Below, piece by piece: positions 1-8,234 of a DNA stretch of 36,099 bases. The stretch is from positions 1-36,099 of the IMG/VR virus record IMGVR_UViG_3300038313_000049; one strand, given 5' to 3'. The DNA is from a virus. Its lineage: Duplodnaviria; Caudoviricetes. Made by a program: the position numbers and the translations under genes. Position 1 is the stretch's first letter. Each line of letters starts with the position of its first letter. The notes beneath the pieces are model-generated. The model was not told where the DNA came from, did not search any database, and saw only the letters and a list, made by a program, of their open reading frames with translations.

Positions 1-657
1 AATATCCGATTCCTTCCTTATGGTCTCTATCTCTTTGCCCCATCGCAATATTTGTCCGGTTTTTCGTTCCCCCAGTCCCTGATATTGATCACTGTGTTCC
101 CTGTAAACATTCAATGTTATCTTGTCAAGTGAGTAATTATTATTTAAATTGGTAACAAACTCTAATTCAGATTCAAAACTGTTAGCGATAGAATACAGTC
201 TTGCCAGTACTGTCTGGCTTCCTTCCCAACTCAGCACCATAGATTTATTGCTTACCTCATTGATACCCAGCGTCAATGTCCCTTCTGGGTCAAATTCCTT
301 CAGATACTCGCTGAAACTCATTGCTTTTGGTGCTGTATATGGTTCTCTGGTCTCATTTGTCATCTCAAGAATCAGGCCGAAGCACGATATCTCTATGTCC
401 CTTTCGTCCTTAGATACGTTGATAATATTGCACATATAATCCTTAGACTTATATACAAATGCGATCTTATTGCCCTCGACTAGATACTGACTATCCGTAT
501 CCTGACTGGACGCCTTAACATCTAGGGTGTATGCAGATCCCTGAAGATAGGTGTGAAGTATTGCCTCATCGTAATGGGTAGCATCAGGGATGGAGTTATC
601 AAAAAAAGTTAAAACATGCTCAAAATGATCCAATACTGCCAATCTTACGTTTTGCAT
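1..657 (-). CDS. Tal-like tail tip / tail endopeptidase-domain protein, N-terminal 219 aa (runs off the window)
   Basis: Not in the ORF track. ATG at 657 overlaps the Dit stop (TAATG). Frame is open to position 1: MQNVRLAVLDHFEHVLTFFDNSIPDATHYDEAILHTYLQGSAY...TVLARLYSIANSFESELEF...GQILRWGKEIETIRKESDI. Position directly after TMP-Dit. Confidence 0.8.
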   Translation of the reverse strand, partial: MQNVRLAVLDHFEHVLTFFDNSIPDATHYDEAILHTYLQGSAYTLDVKASSQDTDSQYLVEGNKIAFVYKSKDYMCNIINVSKDERDIEISCFGLILEMTNETREPYTAPKAMSFSEYLKEFDPEGTLTLGINEVSNKSMVLSWEGSQTVLARLYSIANSFESELEFVTNLNNNYSLDKITLNVYREHSDQYQGLGERKTGQILRWGKEIETIRKESDI

Positions 658-2183
658 TATAGCCACCCCTCTCTTATTTTTGCTGTAATATCCGGTTTTG
701 GATCCGCAAAATCGGAGTAATAAAACTGCACCTTGGTTTTCCCCGGCTTAGCTAACGGATATATGGATCCTCTTATTTCATCATCTGGCCGTAAAATACC
801 ATCGGTATAAATCTTGCCCTCGTGTCCGTCTATTTCGACTGTACTGTCTTGTGGATACCTATTTGGAACATCATCTAATTTATCCACATTGTGTTTCTGA
901 AATACCAATGACCGAAATGCAGATCCCGTAACCATTGGTAATGTATCATAGCCTCCGATATATAGCTGTATCTTTGTACACACCTTATCGGCCAAATCAG
1001 GTACGTCTACGCTGTAGCGTGTGCCATAATAGTATCCTCCAAGAGTGGATCCCATTTTAACAACATCGGCATGGCCTCGTTGCCAATCGAACATGTTTTT
1101 GCCATAAGCGGCCATACTTGGCTCAAAATATTCATCAAAATATTTGTGTTGCTGACTCCCTCCACCCCTGAGCATCACGTGGGCTCGATTGCTATTCAAG
1201 TTATTTTTTTCGATCATGTAACAAAATATTAGTTCATTGTTTTCATCTAAAAAGTTTATCGACATTGTGGATACTTGCTTGACAGCCCCGGTTTCAAACC
1301 AGGCATTAAAATAACACCAAAAATTCTTAGCACCTGCGATGCCCTCGGAATCTGGCGGTATTTCTTTCGATATCATTCCACCATTAACTCCCACAGTACC
1401 ACCACGATCAACCAATTGTAGTATGTTCTGCCCGCTGTAAGGCTTCATCTGTAACTTTCCATTCGTCTTTTTTGCGGAGTTCTCTGGATGCGTGCTTGTA
1501 TCCCTCGTCCAATCACTAAAATCGTTGGTGTTTATCAGGTTTTCTGACTGCTGATAAGGCACCTCGTCAACCTCCGAAATTCTCCCCATCTGCAGCACTG
1601 CATCTTCAGTTACCACGCCCAAAAATCCGTTGTCATGGTTATTTTTAATTGTGTAATCAATTGGAACTTCCGCAGTTCCTTCATTATTAATAATTGATTC
1701 GAGTACGCCCTCTGAATTTATACTTGCTTGGAATTCTTTTTCATCAACTGCATACTTATGCGGATCAGGACAATAGATTGTGAATGTGGATGTTACGTTC
1801 AATCTTCCCTTTGGGGGAGCTTCAGATTCTGCCTTGCTTCCTATATAATACTTGTCAGATTCGTCAGCAAAAATCAACTTTGCTTCCTTAAAATTCAGAA
1901 GACCGTTCAGAACGTTATATTTCTGCATCAATTCTTCCGGGCTATCTGCAAGCAATTGATACTCTACTTCAATAATCCGGCTGTCCTGATAGTAGTTCTG
2001 CATATAAGTATGATCGCCGATCCGTTTCTCATCATAGTCCATACTGTGGGTTTCTCGCCCTGAAACTGTCAGCGTGCGGTAGCCATCAATAACATTCTCG
2101 ATATATACACTATTAATCGAAAGAGCCTCTGCAGGGAGAGACTCTTCATTACTGCCATGTTCAATTGTATCAATAAATCTCAT
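657..2183 (-). CDS. Distal tail protein (Dit), long form with probable inserted carbohydrate-binding module
   Basis: N-terminus GYRTLTVSGRE...LIFADESDKYY...FTIYCPDPHKY and C-terminus KIREGWL are typical of siphophage Dit. Follows TMP; 508 aa implies an internal insertion. Confidence 0.8.
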   Translation of the reverse strand: MRFIDTIEHGSNEESLPAEALSINSVYIENVIDGYRTLTVSGRETHSMDYDEKRIGDHTYMQNYYQDSRIIEVEYQLLADSPEELMQKYNVLNGLLNFKEAKLIFADESDKYYIGSKAESEAPPKGRLNVTSTFTIYCPDPHKYAVDEKEFQASINSEGVLESIINNEGTAEVPIDYTIKNNHDNGFLGVVTEDAVLQMGRISEVDEVPYQQSENLINTNDFSDWTRDTSTHPENSAKKTNGKLQMKPYSGQNILQLVDRGGTVGVNGGMISKEIPPDSEGIAGAKNFWCYFNAWFETGAVKQVSTMSINFLDENNELIFCYMIEKNNLNSNRAHVMLRGGGSQQHKYFDEYFEPSMAAYGKNMFDWQRGHADVVKMGSTLGGYYYGTRYSVDVPDLADKVCTKIQLYIGGYDTLPMVTGSAFRSLVFQKHNVDKLDDVPNRYPQDSTVEIDGHEGKIYTDGILRPDDEIRGSIYPLAKPGKTKVQFYYSDFADPKPDITAKIREGWL

Positions 2184-2192
2184 ATTCCCTCC

Positions 2193-5108
2193 CTACTGAT
2201 TCCCTTGTAATCTGTTTTTAAATTTCTCAGTTTTCTTGTTCTTTTCCTGCACATACTGCGCGGATCCATAGCCTACTTCTCTACCATCCATCACACTTGT
2301 TACTTCTGCATTTACATAGATCACAGGACTATACTCGTATTCAGCACTCAAAGTGCGATTCATGGAAAACGTCCCACCACCTGCTCCGGCAAGTTCAGGC
2401 ACATCAGGTATTTGTACCATGCGATCACTTACTCGTTGAACTGTATCACTCATGGACTCAATGCCGTCAGCGAAACCTTCTCCAACAAATGCACCAAGTT
2501 TTTTAAATACTCTTGATGGGCTGTGGATCTGTGCTTTAGCTCTGACCGCTTGTTCGGCGGCTGCAGCCATTTGAGAGGCGATTGATCTTATATGCCCCAA
2601 ACTTGATGCCATACCGTTTGCAAGCCCTGCTCCGATATTGGCTCCAACACCTCGCATTCTTCCGGTCGCCGAGTTAGCGGCTGAAACAATTTGATTTGCA
2701 GTACTCCTCATTGTTGAGACCGCCCTCGATCCACCAGATGAAAGAGCGGAGTTAAAACCGTTCATACTCTTAGTCGCAACACCGGGCACAGGTTGTAATC
2801 CTGATTGAACACCGTTTTTCACACCGTCAGCCATTTTTCTACCAGCTGTTTGTGCACTGCTTGAGCCAGATGAAAATGCGCTCGTGAATTTCTTTACGGC
2901 ATCCTTTGCTTTGTTTCCCAAAGCATCCAGACCATCCCCAACAATGCTGACTGAGCTCTTCATGCTACTGATTGATTTCTGTGCAGACTTTGCATTGCTT
3001 GAAATAGATTTCATACTTGAATTTACCAGTTTCAGTGCTGCGGCCATTAAAGTACATCCGGCAGCTGATCCTGTCATTGCAAGACCAAAAGCTAATGCTC
3101 CAGCTGTAGCAACTAAAAATGTTGGTCCTAATAGCAGTAATGGAGCATTCAACACAAGCAAACCTGCCGCAAGTCCGGCAGTAATTGCAAGCATTCCAGC
3201 AAGTCCCGCTGTGGCTGCTATGGCACCGGATCCAACCGGGGGAAGGGCAGCGCCGACAACTGTTAATGCCGCTCCCGCGACTGTAAGTCCTGCCCCAAGC
3301 ACAACTGCGCCTGCTCCAAGTGCAAGAACTCCTGCCGCTGCGATCATAACCACACCGGAAACAAGTCCAAGTCCAACAGCTACAACCGCAAGTCCTGCAC
3401 CAAGTACAGCGCTGGCCACACCGGCAGCTGCAGCACCTGCAGAAAATGCAAGCATTCCCGCTCCAAGACCCGCAATCGCTACAGCACCCTGCAACCCATA
3501 TTGAGCAATTGTAGGCAATACGCCAGCAACGATTGACAATGCTGCACTTGCCGCAAGAGCACCAACACCGACCAGTGCAATTGCCGCACCGAAGGCAACA
3601 AAGCCGACTGCACCGGCGGTAAGTGCTGGGCCTAAAGCCGCAGCTCCCACTGCGAGCAACGCTATAACACCCACAAGGCCAGCCACGGCCACTGCGGCCA
3701 TCGGACCAGCCTGAGCCATTTGAATTGCAGAATTTACAATCAATGCCAGCCCCAAACTGGCAAGCGCTATTCCTGCTCCAAGAGCAATAAACGCTACAGA
3801 CATCTGTAAAAGACTGCCTGAGCTTGATGCACTTGCACTTCCGACTGTCTGTGTGGCTGTGGATACACCTGTTAACTTCCCCGCAATCGCCCCTACACCT
3901 TTTCCCGCAAGTCCCATAATACCCTTTGAGAAAAGCCCCAGTGCCGGAGCTACTGCGCTTACTATTTTAAATCCTTTATATGCAAGAAGCAGTTGGGGCA
4001 ACTTCGTAATAAGGTCTGCAATCTGATCGGAATGTTCTGTCAGAAAACTGGCAAACTTTTTAATGGCGTCCGTAGCAGTTCCCATGATATCTGAAAAGTT
4101 ACTTACGCTTTCTGTGGATCCGAACGATCCTGTGAGTTCACTTAAGCTATCGCCAATAGCGCTGACTGCTTCACCGAATGCTTCTTTAACCTGGCCAGCA
4201 TCTTCTTTGATAACGTCCCAGTATGGAGATATTTTATCCAGTACACCAGGGATCTTCTCCGCCATCCAGTCGAATGCGGATCCAATCTTGTCATTCATCC
4301 CATTGATAGCATCAATCACTTTTGTTTTCGCAAAGGAATCATACAGCTTCTGTATACCGCTGGACGCTGTTGCTTCCATGTTCCCCATAGCACCTTCAAA
4401 AGTTGTTACGGATGTAGCCGCGTCTTTAGCCATGTCGGTCATACCGATGTTATTCATGGCCTGTCCCAAGAGCTCTGCTGTGATCTCGCCGTCTTCCATT
4501 GCGCCTTTAAAATCTTTACCGATAACGGGATTGAGCTTTGACAACTCTTTTCTTAATCCACCGGCTAACTGTGGGCTGGCATTTAAGATCTGATTCCAGT
4601 CCTGAGCATGGAGGGCACCAGCAGCCATTGCCTGGCTATATGCCAATCCAACAGCGCTAAATTCTTGCGCACCGCCGCCGAATACAGCAACTGCGTTGCC
4701 AACAGCCTCGGTCATTTTATCAGCGTCCTTAATTCCATTCGCTGAAAGTGCTCCGAATGTACTCAGAACATCGTTAAGAGAGAACACGGTATCATCAGCA
4801 TAGGTTTTTAGAGAACCTGTAGCACCGGCAATCCTCTGTATTTCTGCTTCTGGCGTACCGCCGAACCGCATTGCTGTCTGCAGTTTCTGCATAGAATCGG
4901 AGGTTCCTATCGTTTCCTTGGTAAGTCCTGTAAGGCCGCTGGACACCATAGAAAAGGCCTTGTGTCCGATGCCAGCCATGATACCGAATCCAAGGCCGCC
5001 TGTAAGAGTGGTCTTCAAACTATTTGCAGATCCCATTGCGGTTTTTAGAGTAGACGAAAATCCATGATCCACCGCAGAAAGTACTGCTCTTACAGAAAAA
5101 TCACCCAT
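2193..5108 (-). CDS. Tail tape measure protein
   Basis: 971 aa, Ala/Gly-rich with long hydrophobic repeats. N-terminal FSVRAVLSAVD, tape-measure N-terminal domain (YADDTVFSLND...AQDWNQI), C-terminal IHSPSRVF motif. Confidence 0.93.
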   Translation of the reverse strand: MGDFSVRAVLSAVDHGFSSTLKTAMGSANSLKTTLTGGLGFGIMAGIGHKAFSMVSSGLTGLTKETIGTSDSMQKLQTAMRFGGTPEAEIQRIAGATGSLKTYADDTVFSLNDVLSTFGALSANGIKDADKMTEAVGNAVAVFGGGAQEFSAVGLAYSQAMAAGALHAQDWNQILNASPQLAGGLRKELSKLNPVIGKDFKGAMEDGEITAELLGQAMNNIGMTDMAKDAATSVTTFEGAMGNMEATASSGIQKLYDSFAKTKVIDAINGMNDKIGSAFDWMAEKIPGVLDKISPYWDVIKEDAGQVKEAFGEAVSAIGDSLSELTGSFGSTESVSNFSDIMGTATDAIKKFASFLTEHSDQIADLITKLPQLLLAYKGFKIVSAVAPALGLFSKGIMGLAGKGVGAIAGKLTGVSTATQTVGSASASSSGSLLQMSVAFIALGAGIALASLGLALIVNSAIQMAQAGPMAAVAVAGLVGVIALLAVGAAALGPALTAGAVGFVAFGAAIALVGVGALAASAALSIVAGVLPTIAQYGLQGAVAIAGLGAGMLAFSAGAAAAGVASAVLGAGLAVVAVGLGLVSGVVMIAAAGVLALGAGAVVLGAGLTVAGAALTVVGAALPPVGSGAIAATAGLAGMLAITAGLAAGLLVLNAPLLLLGPTFLVATAGALAFGLAMTGSAAGCTLMAAALKLVNSSMKSISSNAKSAQKSISSMKSSVSIVGDGLDALGNKAKDAVKKFTSAFSSGSSSAQTAGRKMADGVKNGVQSGLQPVPGVATKSMNGFNSALSSGGSRAVSTMRSTANQIVSAANSATGRMRGVGANIGAGLANGMASSLGHIRSIASQMAAAAEQAVRAKAQIHSPSRVFKKLGAFVGEGFADGIESMSDTVQRVSDRMVQIPDVPELAGAGGGTFSMNRTLSAEYEYSPVIYVNAEVTSVMDGREVGYGSAQYVQEKNKKTEKFKNRLQGNQ

Positions 5109-5448
5109 TCATTTTCCCTCCTTTCCTTAACAATTTTCCGATACCTTTGAACCTCTCCTGTGGCTTATCTGACTTCTTCTTTTTCACGCTGGCAATCGCT
5201 TTTTCATAGTCAAAGAATTTATTAAAAGTGTTATAAACCGGCCTGGTCTTATTTCTTCCGGAAGGCTTTTGTGCCTGAACCTGATAATTTAAAAAAGCCT
5301 GCTCATGGCGTCTATATTCTTCATCCACCATTTGCAGGTTATGTGCTTCAATCAGCAGCTCATATTCAGGTATCGTAAGCTGATCCACCTCCGATAGTCT
5401 CTTAAATCCGAAATAGCGAAAGCAATTAATAGCTATCTCATGGTACAT
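5101..5448 (-). CDS. Tail assembly chaperone, T-like second ORF (probably translated as a G-T fusion via -1 frameshift)
   Basis: Lies between the G-like ORF and TMP, in the -1 frame of the G ORF. That frame is open back to the slippery site at 5538-5550. Confidence 0.8.
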   Translation of the reverse strand: MYHEIAINCFRYFGFKRLSEVDQLTIPEYELLIEAHNLQMVDEEYRRHEQAFLNYQVQAQKPSGRNKTRPVYNTFNKFFDYEKAIASVKKKKSDKPQERFKGIGKLLRKGGKMNG

Positions 5449-5459
5449 TTCTTCAATGC

Positions 5460-5840
5460 TTACTGGTTTGCTCTTGCTTTTTGATTCTCCACCGCTTCCA
5501 GAATCTGGTTTGTCACTTTTCTGGTAGAGTTTGCTGTCTTTAAAAAACCCATAACCTCATCAAACACCTCATCAATATTGGTGTTTTCATCATCAATAAA
5601 GGCATCAATCGCCGCTTTTGTCAGACGAGGGTTCTGCCCTTTGTTTGCTGTATCAAGTACATCCTCCAAAGCTTCCACATCACCATCAATAATTCTCGCT
5701 ATGTTATAGCGCGCCCCAACATTTCGCCTTACACCAGGTGCGTCGCTGTCTGTAATAGAAACTTTCGCGTTCATATCCCGAAGAAAGCCCATCCCAAAGT
5801 TGAATTGATATACCTGACCGTTAATTGTTAATTCCTGCAT
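5460..5840 (-). CDS. Tail assembly chaperone (G-like)
   Basis: MQELTINGQVYQFNFGMGFLRDMN N-terminus; position after the major tail protein; GGAGG RBS. Confidence 0.82.
   Translation of the reverse strand: MQELTINGQVYQFNFGMGFLRDMNAKVSITDSDAPGVRRNVGARYNIARIIDGDVEALEDVLDTANKGQNPRLTKAAIDAFIDDENTNIDEVFDEVMGFLKTANSTRKVTNQILEAVENQKARANQ
5538..5550 (-). promoter_or_regulatory. -1 programmed frameshift slippery site of the tail assembly chaperone
   Basis: mRNA reads ATG GGT TTT TTA AAG, giving in-frame X XXY YYZ heptamers G GGT TTT, T TTT TTA and T TTA AAG. The -1 frame has TGA TGA just upstream and no stop until 5101. Confidence 0.85.
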
Positions 5841-5856
5841 CTATTTTTTCCTCCAT

Positions 5857-5931
5857 CTACTCACTTATTATCGCCATATCAACGATCCCTTGACCTACTA
5901 TGGCTGACGTGCCAAGGGATGTTATTCCCCC
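5857..5931 (-). other. Putative -1 frameshift extension of the major tail protein (G GGG GAA site plus 22-codon tail ITSLGTSAIVGQGIVDMAIISE)
   Basis: Heptamer at 5931-5925. 10-bp stem 5920-5911/5894-5885 starts 4 nt downstream. Peptide is homologous to the capsid -1 extension. Confidence 0.7.
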
Positions 5932-6434
5932 GACGTGTCTTTTTTTGTATCCTTAAATACCAGGTCAGCGATAGCCTGCTGTTCATCACTTACAGTCGCA
6001 TAGCCATCAACACCTTTACCGTCAATGGCAAACTCAAGTGCAACCTCTGCATGATCCTCACTATTTGAGGTCAGCTCATAGCTGGTGGCATATCCATGAT
6101 AGTACGTAGCAGCGAACTTGCCTTCATTTGTGTCATCGCCGGGATCATCAAGGTTTGCCTCCCAGATCTCCAACATATCGCCATTTAATACCGCTGCTTT
6201 TATCTTTTTAGCAATCTCATCATTCTCGCTGGCAAAAATCGCCGTTGCCTTAATTTCTGTCTCAGGATCTTTCGGAACCCTGATGCTTCCACTCTTCGTG
6301 GAAACCGTGTCCGAATCACTCGAAATGGACGTACTGTTTTCTGTTGTGAATGCAATTGCTGTCGCATCATTCGTCTTCGCCTCATCCAAAAGGCGATATA
6401 AATATACAATTCGTTTGCCTTGTATAACTGACAT
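5922..6434 (-). CDS. Major tail protein, TP901-1-like family
   Basis: IQGKRIVYLYR...IAFTTENSTSIS.DSDTVSTK.G...YYHGYATSYE...EFAIDGKGVDG pattern; AGGAGG RBS; position. Confidence 0.9.
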   Translation of the reverse strand: MSVIQGKRIVYLYRLLDEAKTNDATAIAFTTENSTSISSDSDTVSTKSGSIRVPKDPETEIKATAIFASENDEIAKKIKAAVLNGDMLEIWEANLDDPGDDTNEGKFAATYYHGYATSYELTSNSEDHAEVALEFAIDGKGVDGYATVSDEQQAIADLVFKDTKKDTSGE

Positions 6435-6445
6435 ATTTTTACCTC

Positions 6446-6835
6446 CTATACGTCAAATTCTAAATGAACCATGCATCGCCAGATCGGAGGTGTCACGGTT
6501 CTGTCTTGTATTACTCTGATTGTGGAATCACTTACTCTCATGGATATTTGATACCCAAATACATCTGTCAGCTGCATTGCCTGCCTGAAAAGAGCTTCTC
6601 CTGCATCGGAGACGTGCTTCCGCTTGTCCTCGGATTCCCAGAGGTTTAGATCAACCGCAATCCGTGCAAGCGTTCCATTCTTTGTACCTACGAAGCTGGA
6701 AAGAAAGTCTTCAAAATCCGCAAAAGGATATATGACTTCCGTCATAGGACGGCTTTCATATACATGCTCTGCGGCCAAAGGTGATACAATCTGCCATAAC
6801 TTATCGTGTATGGCTTGTTCTACTGTCTTTTCCAT
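6446..6835 (-). CDS. Tail terminator / tail completion protein
   Basis: 129 aa with EQAI...VYESRP...YPF pattern, immediately upstream of the major tail protein. Confidence 0.7.
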   Translation of the reverse strand: MEKTVEQAIHDKLWQIVSPLAAEHVYESRPMTEVIYPFADFEDFLSSFVGTKNGTLARIAVDLNLWESEDKRKHVSDAGEALFRQAMQLTDVFGYQISMRVSDSTIRVIQDRTVTPPIWRCMVHLEFDV

Positions 6836-6844
6836 ATACCCCTC

Positions 6845-7180
6845 CTACTTTACCAGCTTCTTCATGTCCGCCTTAAACTGACCTTCTTGCCTCTCCAGAG
6901 ACGGGCGTATATAAGGCTGAGCCCTCATGTATCGGGTCCCATATTCCACATACGGCGCATATTCAGCGGTTGGCTCAACCTCTGCAGTCAATCCACTGTC
7001 CTTAATTTCAAGACCGATGCTGCGTTTCAAAGTACCAGTGTCTACTGGTACAACACGCTCAGCAGCGTTCTGCAGTTCAGACCCGTTTTGCTTTACAACC
7101 CTCTTTACATCGTCAAGCTTTACATTCTTTTTCAGGGCTTTCATGAGTTCATCAACGCCTTCAATCTTTAACTCAGCCAT
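6845..7180 (-). CDS. HK97 gp10-family morphogenesis protein
   Basis: PVDTGTLKRSI...YAPYVEYGTRYMRAQPYIRPS signature. Confidence 0.9.
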   Translation of the reverse strand: MAELKIEGVDELMKALKKNVKLDDVKRVVKQNGSELQNAAERVVPVDTGTLKRSIGLEIKDSGLTAEVEPTAEYAPYVEYGTRYMRAQPYIRPSLERQEGQFKADMKKLVK

Positions 7181-7478
7181 TGTTCTGTATCACCACCAAG
7201 CTCTGTGTATCACTGGGAAGCCTCTCAGTGTCCGTATGATAAGCTTTTCCGCCTATTTCGATAAGGTCATAAGATTCGCTATAAACACGCTGTAAACGTA
7301 CAACAAGCCGATTGGCTTTCACATCACCAAATACGGCCTGCTGTCGGTCTGCACCCATGTGTGTTACATTCGCATATTTCTTTGTTCGTACTGGCTCCCC
7401 CTGAATCCATTCTCCTGCTTCCGGATCATAATGTTTTTCAGCCTCTTTAACAAAGAAAATAGGGGTATCATATCTCAT
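7173..7478 (-). CDS. Head closure / head-tail joining protein
   Basis: MRYDTPIFF...YDPEAGEW; size and position in the neck module. Confidence 0.7.
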   Translation of the reverse strand: MRYDTPIFFVKEAEKHYDPEAGEWIQGEPVRTKKYANVTHMGADRQQAVFGDVKANRLVVRLQRVYSESYDLIEIGGKAYHTDTERLPSDTQSLVVIQNNG

Positions 7479-7804
7479 ATAAAACGCACCACCCCTCGAT
7501 TATTGTTCTCCTGTTCTTCACACCATGCCTGTATAGCAGAGAGATACGGGGCAATATCATCCCCGTATGTGATGCTCTCGCCCTCCTGGCTGTAGCTGGA
7601 CATACCTTCGTTGCCGATCCGGTTAAACCGTACAATCGCAAGTTCAGTCACGATATACTGCAGAGCCTCTGGCACTTCTTCAATTCCGGCTGGCAAATAA
7701 GCAAGAATCTGTTTTTCAGCATTATCAATGATCAGGCTCAGCTTCTTATCCTGATCAGTCTCTGTGATGTCCAGTAATACTTTTACATCATCAAGTGCTG
7801 CCAT
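7475..7804 (-). CDS. Head-tail connector (SPP1 gp15 / HK97 gp6-like)
   Basis: LDDVKVLL...DKKLSLII...LQYIVTELAIVRFNRIGNEGMSSYSQEGESITY signature. Confidence 0.88.
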   Translation of the reverse strand: MAALDDVKVLLDITETDQDKKLSLIIDNAEKQILAYLPAGIEEVPEALQYIVTELAIVRFNRIGNEGMSSYSQEGESITYGDDIAPYLSAIQAWCEEQENNNRGVVRFI

Positions 7805-7816
7805 TTAATCACCGCC

Positions 7817-8140
7817 CTATTTCGCCGCATCTTCAAGCGCCTGAACTCGAGTTGTAAGTGCTGTTAAGTCTGATGCACTTGCTGACTGAATATAGTCTCG
7901 CATACCGCCCAAAGAACCTTTTTTCAAGAATGTAATTCCGGGGTTAGGTAAATTTGTAATATCTTCCAAAGCGGTCTTTCTTGCATCCAGCTTGGCGATC
8001 CATTCTTCGTATCTGTCGAGATCTGCCTTTAGAATAAGAGCTCCAGCCGCCTTTGCGGCGGCGAGGTTCTCCTTCAAAGAAAGATTTTCATTTATCTCAT
8101 ATGTTCCATATTCCCTTTTGGGATATGCTTCATCAGCCAT
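7817..8140 (-). CDS. Hypothetical virion protein, possible head fibre / decoration protein
   Basis: Directly after the capsid gene with AAGGA RBS. Heptad-like C-terminus LTALTTRVQALEDA. Confidence 0.55.
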   Translation of the reverse strand: MADEAYPKREYGTYEINENLSLKENLAAAKAAGALILKADLDRYEEWIAKLDARKTALEDITNLPNPGITFLKKGSLGGMRDYIQSASASDLTALTTRVQALEDAAK

Positions 8141-8171
8141 TATTCACCATTCCTTTCTTCAAATTAGCCGG

Positions 8172-8234
8172 TCATTCTGACAGTATCGCGTATCCGGGTA
8201 TCGCCTGTCCGGCTATAGGCGAAGTCATTCCCCC
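8172..8234 (-). other. Putative -1 frameshift extension of the major capsid protein (G GGG GAA site plus 18-codon tail MTSPIAGQAIPGYAILSE)
   Basis: Heptamer at 8234-8228. Stem 8222-8217/8206-8201; its loop (8215-8209) is complementary to 8171-8165. Peptide is homologous to the tail -1 extension. Confidence 0.7.

Noticed and set aside
2297-4593. Long plus-strand ORFs opposite the tape measure gene
   Set aside because: Shadow ORFs caused by Ala/Gly codon bias of TMP; no RBS or protein-like features.
5880-8233. +1 (or -2) frame extensions of the capsid and tail genes
   Set aside because: The peptides (GNDFAYSRTG..., GNNIPWHVSH...) show no similarity to each other beyond the site itself, unlike the -1 frame.
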